Positions 1 through 10,824 of a DNA stretch of 47,969 nucleotides are shown here, piece after piece. The notes beneath the pieces were generated by a model. It was not told the DNA's origin and did not search any database. It was given only the letters and a program-made list of their open reading frames with translations. Origin of the DNA: Balamuthia mandrillaris (taxonomy: Eukaryota). The position numbers and the translations under genes are program-made. The DNA lies in contig JAVKOQ020000057.1 of the NCBI GenBank assembly GCA_031835245.2, positions 186,001 to 233,969 of the forward strand, in the 5' to 3' direction. The stretch's first letter is position 1; each line of letters starts with the position of its first letter.

Positions 1-707
1 CTTCTTCTCCTTCTCCTTCTCCTTCTGCTATCTTCCCTTCACCGTCGTCCCGCAGAAAGTGGAGGTCAATGTTCAAAGGAGAGGGTCTGTAGTCCCTAAT
101 GGTGAAGTTGCGCTCCGCAGAGGGCAGCGAGGAGGAGTGGATGCGAAGCCGGTAGTCGCCGCCGGCCGTGCCAGCAGGGATCTGCCACACGTTGGAGTGG
201 GCTGGCGTGCGGTCCTCGTCGTAATACTGCTGGTGGCGATACCACCGGCGCTCGTCCTCCTCTTCATCCTCCGGCTCAAAGTGCTGTGGGTCAAAGGAGT
301 GAAGCACAGAGCCTTGGGGAGAGACGATCTCTGCCGTGTAGTAGGCGTCGATGGGCTCCTTGGTGAAGCTATCCAGCGCAAGCACTCGGAAGAACACTTG
401 CTCGGTTGGTTTGTAGATCGGTTTATCTGTTGTTTGTTGAACAAAAAAAAATGATGAGAAGAAAAGAGAGGAAGGAAGAAAGGACAGGAAGGAAACCTGT
501 GGAGATGTAGACGGCAGCCCTTTGGAAGCCTTGGTTGGGCGGGTAGAAGAACACCCGTGAGCCGTCCTCCTCCGGGTGGTCGTTGGCCTCGTCCCTGTTC
601 TGACAAAACGCAATGGTGCTCAGCAGGACGAACATGCCAAAGCCCATGACCAGCCACATCTGCGTCTTCAACGTCATCGTAACCCCAAAACGGCGCAGCA
701 CCGGCAT
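1..707 (-). CDS. Alpha-2-macroglobulin / thioester-protein family, N-terminal part (signal/TM segment + MG domain); runs off the left edge
   Basis: Exon 707-497, GT-AG intron 496-427 and exon from 426 give ...AVYISTDKPIYKPTEQVFFRVLALDSFTKEP...AEIVSPQGS...WQIPAGTAGGDYRLRI...AERNFTIRDY, matching the A2M MG2 signature TDKPxYxPGxxVxFR...GxYxL...FxVxEY. Hydrophobic N-terminus WLVMGFGMFVLLSTIAFC. Confidence 0.8.
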
Positions 708-1122
708 CCCCCTCCCCTTTCCTGCTTCAATATTTTTTTTTCTCTGTTGTTGTTGTTGTGGTTGTTGTGGTCTTCAAACAAATGGAAACGCGTTGGTATA
801 ACCAAAAACTAACAATGAAATGGAAATGAATGAGTATTTATATATGTTGGAGGGGATCATGGGGTAGGGAGGCCGCCACGTAGAGCGGCAAACAGGCGTG
901 GCCGAAACTTATTCGTTGGCTTTCTTTTTTCTTCTTGAAAACGGAGGGGCCCTCCGTTTGAAATTTTATTGGTGGAGAAATTTCAAAAATCAAAGAGGTG
1001 GACCTATCGCATGAGGACACGTATGGATCGATCGGATTAAGCCTATAGAAAATCAAAAACGCTGCTATCCGTTGTCACGTGGATTTGTTTTTTTTTTTGT
1101 TTTTTTTTTTTGGCTGCGTGGA

Positions 1123-3269
1123 TTAATGGGAGGTGCTGTAACGTTGGCGCATGTTCAACAACGTTCGTTTCTCTCCCATGCGAAGCAGAACCGCACATAA
1201 CTTTTTCCACTCTGCTTCTCCTCCTCCTCCGGTTTCTTCGTTCTTCTCCCGTTTGTCACATGTAGTCTTGCCTTTCTTCTCCTTCTTGTTGCCTCCTGCT
1301 TCTCGTTCGTTTGCCTTTCGATCCCTTTGCCGACTTTCCAACAACGACAACAGCTTTACATCCTCCTCGTAACTTGTCGTAAACACGTCTTTGCCGAGCA
1401 GCAACTCCGCCAACCGACAGAGAAACCGGTTCGTCTTTGCTTGAGCGTCTTGCAATTGCAACCCATTGCCTTCGTTCTCCTCCTCTCCAGCCATTAGCCG
1501 TTGATGCTTTCTCTCGATGGTGAACTCTCGTGCCGTCAAGAAATAAACGCGCAGCACCGTCAACAGGTTCCAAGAAACCTCTCCTGAAGGCCAAACATAG
1601 AATTCTCTGCAAAAAAGAGAAAAAGTAACGGAGAGAATCAAGCGAGGAAGATACGAGAGTAGAGATTAGAGTAAAGAGAAAAAACAAAGCAGAAGAATAG
1701 AGATAGAACGAAGAAGAGACGAGTACCCGAAGAGAAGACCAGCGTCGGTGAGGGCAGTGTCTTTTTCCTCCTTTAGAGGTATGGAAGATGAGCATAGCCA
1801 TTGCAAAGGGTCATCAAAGGTGTAAACATCTTCCTGATTGTCATTTAGCACAAAACCATACAAGTGCAACAACTGAGTATTGCCATGTTTGCCATAACAT
1901 ATAAATACCTTTATGAAGTACACGAGTTATAAAAGTTGGGAACATTAAAACTAAGTTTAAAAACGTCAACGATACAAAACTTGTTCTCCTTTTTTGAATG
2001 GAGTGCGAGTAACGATTCTGTACTCATCGGACTCTTTACGAAACTCTCCAACGGACTTTTTAAACAAGCAATAATCGTGAATAAAAGAAATTGCACAAGA
2101 ACAGAAGAAAAGCAGGAAAAACTTACTTGAACGTTATTGTTGTGATTCAAAAAGTCAGCAAAAGGAACGAGCGTATTGGTGTCGTTAGTGTCCACGTCCA
2201 TATAGCACGCCCGCGTGTTCACCACTGAAACAGCCCAATAGATATCCTCTAAAGAGATTCCGTTCGTGCAAAAAGAAGAAGAGTAAGAGGAAGGAGAAGG
2301 AGAGGAAGAATTGGCTGTTTGTTCTTGACGTTCGAAAAAGGTTTTGTGAGTTTGTAGGAAGGCTTGAAGGTCCTCGTGCATCCTTGCAAGTTCGGTTTTA
2401 TGTCTGTTTACTTCTTCTGTTCGTCAAAGAAAAGAAAACATTAAAGAAGGAAGGAGAGGGACAACGAAAAGATACAAAGGGCAAAGAATACCAACGAACT
2501 TATCACTCTGACATTCTTGAAGTTCTTCGTTCGTAAAGTAAAGAGAAGTGGTGAATGAAGTCGGCAGCTGTTCTTTTGAGAACTCAGCGGTCAAGAATAA
2601 CACGTGAAACAGAAGACACAAGAAGAAGAACAAGAAGAACCATGAAAAATATCAGGAAAAGAAGTGAAGAAAAGGATACGTATAAAAGGATGCCAAAAGG
2701 AGCGAGTGCCAAGATGTCTCTCCCACAACAAAAACAGGACAAGAGTGTGCATTGGAGGCATCACCAGCGGCGGTTGTTGGTGAGCTCCACCGCGTTTGTT
2801 CGTCACGGTCATCGGAGAGGGCTTGCGCACGAGCACCTCTCCCAACAGAGACCGACGAGCGCTTCGTGAGTTCATGAGCAAGCGAGAAGGAACAGAGACT
2901 AACGTCTCACCTGCCTTGTTTTGTTGTTGTTTTTGTTGTTGTTGTTTCAGAGCGGAAGATGAACGAGGTCCTTTTTTTTGAAAAAAAAAAAACGTACAGC
3001 AATGTCTTCTGTAGCAACAAGCCCTCTTCCGGCTGAGCCAAAGTCCGCTACCTCCAACTTGTATTTGCCTACGTCCATTCCATTCTCTTTTAACCTGCAG
3101 CAAACGAAGGAGAGGGGCATGAAATTAATGCTAAGCATTAGGAAAGAAAGGGATGAAACAAACTGATGGCGGTGCTGCGCTACCATTTCATGAACGAGGC
3201 TTCCACGGGTGAAGAATCGTTTGAACGCGGGTGGTTTTCTCTCTTCCTTTTGCTTCTATTGGTTGCTAG

Positions 3270-3357
<88 letters not shown>

Positions 3358-3509
3358 CGTGGAAGAACCCGAGGCACCCTCTCCACCGCTGCTCCTTCCT
3401 CTTCTCCTCCTTCTGGCTCTTCTTCCTTCCTCATTCCTCTCTTCTCTTTCTTCTTCTTGCCATTTCGTGCATACTTCAAATTCTTTGCATAACCGAGTGA
3501 TGTCATCAT
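1123..3509 (-). CDS. SET-domain lysine methyltransferase (SETD3/SETD4/Rubisco-LSMT-like), multi-exon
   Basis: Exons encode FMKWLKENG..., GRGLVATEDI, LVLFLLWERHLGTRSFWHPFI, WAVSVVNTRACY...LVPFADFLNH, ICYGKHGNTQLLHLYGFV and a C-terminal TTSYEEDVKLL...RMGEKRTL. Start is either ATG 3509 or ATG 3434. Confidence 0.85.
3271..3357. repeat. (GTT)29 microsatellite, encoding poly-Thr in the SET gene N-terminus
   Basis: Perfect trinucleotide run seen directly. Confidence 0.95.
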
Positions 3510-3824
3510 CCTCAGAAACCTGGACGAAAGCTGGCAGAAAACCGGATGAAAACAGGATAAAAATTTGAATAAACCTTTTTGTTGGAGAAGCTGACATCAT
3601 TTTCTCTATTTATGGTCAATACCTTAAAAATATAGGAATCACACCGAAATAAGGAGGAAAGGAAAGGTCAAGCGAAGCAAAAAATGGAGACTGGGTGCGG
3701 CCGATGCAACAGCTTTCTTTGGTGCATGCGATATCGAAAAAAACGCTAAAAACACCGAAAGCAGAAAGGAACAGGCGCCTTTGTTTTTTTTTTTTTTTGT
3801 GGACATACGTCGCAGGGCTGAAAA

Positions 3825-6195
3825 ATGAGAGCGAATGGGTTGTTGTTGCTGCTGCTGCTCTTTGTGGCGGCGGTCTTTTGCGTGGATGCCCTCCCCCGGC
3901 GGCGCTCTTCTTCACTCGCTAACGAAGTACCCTGCCCTCTCTCACCTCGTCTATCCTCTGCACCATTTCTTCCTTTTCATTTCATTTTGTGTAACAACAT
4001 CTTAACATGACTTTTCAGGAACATATAACACGAGACGCTTCTGTGTACGGATCTGTTTCTTTCAACACGTCCTGTCCTCCCGGAGACGCTCAAACCCGTT
4101 TCAACCAGGCCGTGGCGATGCTGCACTCCTTTTGGTACTCCGGGTCGATGGCTGAGTTCCAGCGCTTGACGGTGGACTACGAGGCCTCCTGCCCGATGGC
4201 CTATTGGGGCGTGGCCATGACCCTTTGGAACCCCTTGTGGGACCCTCCCACTCCCGAGGGCATGCGGTTGGGCCGGGAAGCGGTGGACAATGGCTTGGCA
4301 CTACTTGCCCAAAAGGAAAAAGGAGAGGAAGGCGGGGCAGAAGGAGTGATGAAAAAAGAGAGAAGGTATATGGAAGCGCTTCGGTTGTTCTATCAACTAG
4401 AGGAGAAAGAAACGGAGTGGAAGTCCAGGGTGGAACGGTACGAGGAGGCGATGCAGAGCATGCATGAGGAGTGGCCGGAAGACGAGGACCTTACTGCTTT
4501 TTACGCGCTGGCCACCCTCTCCAAGGCAACTTGGATGATGGAAGAGGAACAAAAAGAACAAGAGGTAGGAAAAGGAGATGCCAAGAACAAGAACACTTTT
4601 CTTCATGCGATGGCTGAGCTCACACCTGACGGAAATATGATGCGACTTCGAGAGGAACAGCTCCCCCTATCCGAGGTAACTCTTCTCAGAGCCGGCAAAC
4701 TTTTGGAAAGAACCTGGGCGAACCATCCAGAGCATCCTGGCATCATCCACCTCATCATTCATGCCTATGATACTCCATATTTGGCGAGTATGGCGCTGCC
4801 TGCGGCTCTCAAGTATCACACGGTGGCAAGCGGAGTGCCTCATGCCCTTCACATGAGCAGTCACACGTTCTCACGTATGGGGCTTTGGCAGAACGTGGTG
4901 CCGCAAGAACAAGAAGCAATGAGAGTAGATGAGCAAGCTAACAAAGGAAGAAGGACAAGCTCGGAGTACATGCATTCGCTGAACTTTGAGAATTACGCTT
5001 TGTTGCAGATGGTGAAAGATGAGGAAGTGGAAGCGCGAATGGAGGAGATAATGAAGAAAGGAGAAAAGAAGGATGCCTTCGATGAATCGCAGACAGCGGC
5101 CGTGTCGATTGCCGTCAGTCTGTTGCGGTACTATTTTGAAGGAGAACATTGGAAAGAGTGCAGGGACTTTACGCTTGACGGTCGGCCAAAGACCTTTCCT
5201 TGGGAGAACTTTGCATGGAAGGGAGTTGTAGAGAGCTACGCTCGAACCATGTGTAGGCTGTTTTATCAACGTGACCGTGGCGGAAAAGTGGACGATGAAA
5301 CGAGGGACAGTCTTCGAGAGATGCTCGAAGGCCATAACAAGTGGCTAGCATCCCCTGCTGCTGCAATTGTCCAAAACACATTCCGTCGTACCATCAGCGT
5401 ACGTGCATTCTGCATTCACTTCTCTTTTCCACTTCACTTAATCTACCATTCAACCCGTTGCAACAGATGTGGGTCGAAACTGCCGCCTTGTGGGTTAATT
5501 TTACCATCGAAGAAGGACGAGCAGAGCCAAGAGACTACAGCAGTAGCACGTTCTCTTCCATCCTCCAGCGCATGCGAGATGTTATGGACAACGACACTCC
5601 AGAAATAAGCTTCACCGTTCTTTACTCTATCGATCAGATGGGAAGTATGTTGTTGAAGATGGGCAAAACCAAAGAAGCATTACAAGTCTTCCATCGCTCC
5701 CTACAACTCTATCCCAACCACCTGCAAGCTCTTGCAGGCGCTCTTCGCGCATCTCACTCCCTCTATCTTCATCCAGTGAAAGGCGAAGCTACAACAAAAG
5801 CAGAACGGAAAGAGTTAAGTGTGCAGTACGCAAAGAAGCTTTGGAAGCTTTGCAATCCTTTGGAGAACCGAAGACAGTGTGGGCGAAGAAAGATCTTTCG
5901 AGAGATGGAAGGATATGTAGAGGTAAAGAGCTTCTTCTTGGCCGACTCTTCTTCTCAACGCAAAGCTGAGAAAGAGGGTAAAACGGTGACTGCGACGGTT
6001 GTGGTGTTGGTGGTGGCGCTCTCTTTGATGAGTCTCTTTTGTATCTTTCTGATCTATCGCCTTCAACGTGGAAGCGTGAGCAGAAGCAGAAGACAGGCAG
6101 GGAGTTTCTTGCTTGTTACTGAGGATGGCATCACAAATGAAGATGGGACCAGAGAAGAGCGGGCCGTCTCACCATTATCTCAGCATCTGTTGTAA
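3825..6195 (+). CDS. Type-I membrane TPR-like protein of a mainly bacterial family
   Basis: Exons 3825-3926, 4019-5398 and 5467-6195 (phase-0 GT-AG introns). Signal peptide MRANGLLLLLLLFVAAVFCVDA; motifs GSVSFNTSC..AQTRFNQAVAMLHSFWY, CPMAYWGVAM, HPGIIHLIIHAYD, HALHMSSHTF; TPR GKTKEALQVFHRSLQLYPN; C-terminal TM VVVLVVALSLMSLFCIFLIY. Confidence 0.8.
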
Positions 6196-6292
6196 ATCAT
6201 TCACGTGATGAAGAAAAAAAAACCCACAACACCCAACAATATCCTTTCGCCCTTCTTTGTTCCCAAAACGAATGTTGCAGCAGCGACCTCTT

Positions 6293-7136
6293 TCACCTAT
6301 TATTGTTCTTGGCTTTTTTGACGATGAGCCTCCTCACTTCCTCTGGACCCCAGACGTAGATTTTGCAGGGGGTGCCCACGAAGCACAACCACGGCAGGCC
6401 CAATCCCCACGGTTGCTTGTCCAACACACCGCAGTACACCTGCTCTTCAGAACACAGCGCCTCAACATCCATTCCCTTTCTTTGTTGTCTGGTGCTGCTG
6501 TCCTTACGATCGGTGGACAAACAAAAAGAAACAACGAATTGGTCGTTTTCGGCCAATGAGCATGTTTCCCGCCAAAACAACCCTTCCTTCTCCCACGTCT
6601 GAGAAGGCAAAGCGGTGGGTTGGGGGTTGGGTGGACGGAATGGATGCTCCATGCTGCGAATATACTTTTGTTGCACGTCATTAGTGTAGGTAAAATCTCA
6701 AGACTCCTCGTCAACGCGATGTATTGTGCGATATTCTCAAGTCTTCTCTCTTTCCCCTTTCTGTGGGTGTACTTTGAAGCAAAGTCGGAGATTCACTCTC
6801 GTTGTCCTTCCTCTATTCTCCTTGTAACATTCCAATGTTTGTTCCATCTAATTTCAAAGCCTCCTTTCTTCCGGGTCGTGCCAAGGGTGAGACGGAACGA
6901 TTAGCAAGAGAAGAAGGCAAATGGAATAATACCTCAGGCCTCTAAGTTTTTGAACATAAGAGAGGGATTTGCATCAATGAAAGAAGATGCTCTCCCTTGG
7001 TTGATCGAACTGTTCCCGTACACTCTATAGTAGGAGGGAGTGTGCCGAACGGAGGACCGCCACTCCGAGCAAAGGAACCGGGAAGCCATGAGCAACCCCC
7101 CCAAAGGTAGAGGAGAAGGATAGAGGCAGAGAGCAC
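6293..7136 (-). pseudogene. Probable unprocessed pseudogene of unknown family
   Basis: GT-AG intron 6932-6848; the frame from 6847 to stop 6293 is protein-like but has in-frame TGA at 6739-6737 and 6700-6698; the upstream exon has a TAG at ~6942-6944 just before the donor. Confidence 0.4.
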
Positions 7137-7202
7137 AGGGAATCAATGTCGACAATATGTCGACACAAATAAGAACAACCAAAAAAAAAAAAGAGAAGAC
7201 AA

Positions 7203-7247
<45 letters not shown>

Positions 7248-7249
7248 AG

Positions 7250-9624
7250 ATGGAAGGAGGCATGATGCAAGGGAGTGGGGCAGGGGGTGGCTTGATCCCT
7301 CATTCCTACGAAAGTGGGGGCAGGTTGCTGGGGGAGGAAGGCAACAGATCTTCCCGCACCCCTGACCGTGATGACAGAGATTTCAGGCGAGGCCACTACG
7401 GCGACGACCAGCTGTATGGCGCTGCTTCGCCCCGTAGAGAGAGGTACACAGATGCACCCTTCTTCCCCCTCTTTTGTTGTTTTTGTCGTTGTTGCAATCA
7501 CATGAAGATTGATTTGAGTGTATTATTAACGATGGATTGATTGATTATTCTTTTCGTCTTTTGAATTTGTTTTTGTTTTGTTCTCTCCAGAGATGCCACA
7601 GAAACAGATTTTATCAGAGAAAGAGAAGGAAGCCCCAAGGAAGAGGAGGAGGAAGACGCGGACAGAGACAGAGACAGAGGCAGAGATCGTGACCGCGACA
7701 GAGATAGGGATAGAGAAAGGGATCGGGACAGAGACAGGGACAGGGACAGAGAGAGACGCTACAGAGACGATGACAGCGACAGAGAGGAGGACAGGGACAG
7801 AGAGAGGAAGCGCAAATATGCCGAACGATCCCCCTCCAGAGAAAGGGACAGGGAGAGAGATAGAGACAGGGACCGAGACAGAGACAGGGACAGGGACCGC
7901 GACATCTACGACGATGACCTGAAGCGTAGAAAAAACATTTGTTATAAATGTGGAGGTACGTACAACGCACTGGTTTTACCCAGGGCTTCAAAAAAGACAA
8001 CGCGCTTACCGCACAACAACACGTAAAAAAAAGGTTTTGGCCATTTTGCAGCAATGTGTCCCAGCCGACAGGGCGCTTTGGACAGGGACGAGCCTCCTTG
8101 TTACAAGTGCAATGGTAAGGGCCACAGGCAAGCCTTTTGTCCCAACAACTACATTGGTCGAGACACCTGTTATCGCTGCGGTATCCCTGGTCATCATGCT
8201 AGGTACGATCTTCTTTTTTGTTTTGTTTAGTTTTGTTCTCCTTTTTGCAAAAGAGGGGGAAGAACAGAGTTCCTCCTTCTCTTCCTGTTTTCCCCTTCAC
8301 AAAAGAGACGGCCACAAAACAATGAAAGGAGGATGGAACGAAAATGGAGCGATCGGAACGTTTGGAGGGAAGGGAAGAGGAGGAGTGGAGCAAAGCGGAA
8401 GGAAAGGATATGACGAAAAAGGAGCTGACGGTGAACACTATGTTTTTTTGATTGTTATTTTGTGAAATGTAGGGCGTGTGGATTGCAGTATGGAGGTTAT
8501 GGAATGGGAAGAGGTTACGGTATGGGAGGTAAGATTGTTTGCGGTTGGACGGAAAGAGGAGGATTTCGCTTTTTTTTTTCTTTTGAATTTTCTCTTTATG
8601 TTTGGGAAGAGGAGAAGAGGGACGTGATGAGTGAAAGAAGACGTTTACGCACCACAGCATCTCTTAATTATTATGTTGTTAGTTTTCGGATTTTGGTGGT
8701 TTGTTTGTAGATTGACTTTGTTTGCGATGTCTAACTCATCACTTGCTTCTTTTCTTCTGCAATACAGACCCTTATTCTGCCTATGCCCCTGATATGTTAA
8801 GGTTTCTCTCTCCTCTCCTCTCCTCTCTCTCCTCTCTCTCCTCTCCTCTCCTCTCCCTCTCCTCTCCTCTCCTCTCCCTCCTCTCCTCTCCTCCTCCTCC
8901 TCCTCCTCTTCTCCTCCTAACATATCTTAAAACAAACCTATAGTGCATTCAGTTATCGTGGGGACATGGACAGAGGCTATCACTTGGATTCTCGTAGCGG
9001 CTCCTCCCTAGACGCCATGAGCCGCGGCGGCAGTAGCGGTGGCAGTGGTCCCTCTGATCCTCGCGGCAGTGGTCCTTCTGATCCTCGCAGCAGTGGAGCC
9101 GCTGGCGACGCTTATGGACCGATGGGCGCGCTGGGTATGGGCGGACCGATGGGAGCCATGGGAGCGATGGGCATGGCCGCGATGGGCAGAGGGGCGACCG
9201 GAGGTTTTCCCTTTGGATCGCCCTATGGAGCGCCCATGCCCCCGCCGAGGAGCAGCAGAGCAGACACTTGTTACAAGTGCAGCTTGCCAGGACACTTTGC
9301 TAGAGATTGTCCTAAGGATTCCAAGACGTGTTATAAGTGTGGTTTGGATGTACGTTGTTCTCTCTGCTCTCTCTGCTCTCTCTCCTTTTCCTTCTCTTGT
9401 TTTTCGTTACTAATGTTGTGACGAATAGGGCCACATTGCCAGAGACTGCGAAACGTGTTATATTTGTAAGAAGGCAGGACACCTTTCCAGGGTACATTTT
9501 TTTTTTGAGCGAATTAGCTTTTTTTGTTGTGCACGCAAAAACCACTAATTCTTTCTCTCTCTCTTTCTGCTAGGATTGTCCTGAGAGAGGTAGCAGCAGC
9601 AGTGGAAGCTCGCGTCCTTGGTAG
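7250..9624 (+). CDS. CCHC zinc-knuckle RNA-binding protein (CNBP/GIS2-like knuckles) with RD/RE-rich N-terminus
   Basis: Eight exons (introns 7444-7590, 7956-8033, 8203-8472, 8529-8767, 8802-8943, 9350-9428, 9492-9573) give six CX2CX4HX4C knuckles: CYKCGGFGHFAAMC, CYKCNGKGHRQAFC, CYRCGIPGHHARAC, CYKCSLPGHFARDC, CYKCGLDGHIARDC, CYICKKAGHLSRDC. Stop TAG 9622-9624. Confidence 0.9.
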
Positions 9625-10314
9625 TATCTACACTCCAACCCCACCCAACAACCATAACAGCCCTCCCCAGCTATTTGCTTTTTCTTAACAAAAAACCACA
9701 CAGCTTTTTCCTGTGTTTTCCCCCTTTTAACGACCGAACGCTAAATAAATAAAAAGTGCAAATGAAAAAAGCATCCCATAACAAAATATGGTCGACGGGA
9801 ATCGATAAATAGGGGAGCAGAGCAAACACAGCAGTTTCGCAAACAACTCGTCGCTGCCCAAAGCACAGCTTCCTTGGACTGGGTCACGCATGTGTGCATG
9901 GCTCAAGTGTTGCAAGTAGGTTGTTTATGGGAGCGTAGAAGAAACAAACTGCAAAAAAACAAGTCTGTGAACTTTCTACAACGTCCTTTTTTTTTTCTAT
10001 GGGGACGAGTGTCTACGAGCACTGACACATCATTGCTTTATCGAACAACAAAAAAAAAAAAAAACATCCATCATAAAAGACAAGGTTAGGGAATGAAGAG
10101 AAAGCAAAAAAAAAAAGTTAAGGAAGAAAGCGAAAGAAAGAAAGAAAGAAACATAAAAACCTCTCTTTGATTTTTGAATAATTGAATTGTCTTGTAATTT
10201 AGCTGATGTGGCTCCCACGGATTGGTTAATTAACCAAATTTAATCTAGATCGATCTCTCTATGATCTTACCACGTCAGCCAGCTCGACACGGAGAACGGA
10301 GAGAGAGAGGAGGG

Positions 10315-10622
10315 CCCACCCCCATGGCCGAGTGGTCTACCATTTGGTCATAGCCTGCCAGAAAGGGGAAGGCCGCGTGTTCGACTCCAAGGAGCCGCAC
10401 TTAGTGGTCGACGAAAAATTTCAACAAGCCTGGCCTTGGCCTCACCCGGCGAGCCAAGAAAAATACTCTGGTGGCGATTTCTAGCAACCTTTGTGTCTCC
10501 CAAAGTGCTCTGTCCACTGCGGCAGTGGGACAAGTAAGAGGTGCCGTTTGTATGTATGTACCTACGAGGTTGAGCGGTTTCAACCCACTAGATAGCCAAT
10601 AAACAATTCCTTAAAAAAAAAA
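10315..10622 (+). mobile_element. tRNA-type SINE-like retroposon with 15-bp target-site duplication
   Basis: A box TGGCCGAGTGG 10325-10335; B box GTTCGACTCC 10379-10388; AATAAA 10598-10603; poly(A) 10613-10623; identical flanking direct repeat AGAGAGAGAGGAGGG at 10300-10314 and 10623-10637. Confidence 0.75.
10325..10388 (+). promoter_or_regulatory. RNA polymerase III type-2 internal promoter (A box + B box)
   Basis: TGGCCGAGTGG fits TRGCNNARYGG and GTTCGACTCC fits GTTCRANNC, with 43 bp between them, a tRNA-like spacing. Confidence 0.75.
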
Positions 10623-10824
10623 AGAGAGAGAGGAGGGGAGAGAGCCCGCTGCGCTGTCCGGTTTCCTGGAAGTTTTGGTCCCGGACTACGCCCCTCCTTC
10701 CTTCCCTCTCCCGCCCATTTGCCTTTTCAACTTTTAGTAACTGCTTCACACCCTGTGTTTTTTTCTTTTCTTTTTTGTCAGCCCCTTCCGCTACGCTTTT
10801 TTCATCGCGCAACATACAAGAGAG

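Noticed and set aside
10318..10400. Functional tRNA gene
   Set aside because: A/B boxes are present, but the D-stem, T-stem (GCGTG vs CCAAG) and acceptor stem do not pair.
10315..10600. RNase P/MRP, SRP, U6, telomerase RNA or hammerhead ribozyme
   Set aside because: I could not find the P4 bulged-U signature, the SRP helix-8 motif, the ACAGAGA box, a telomeric template or a CUGANGA core. The TSD and poly(A) favour a retroposon.
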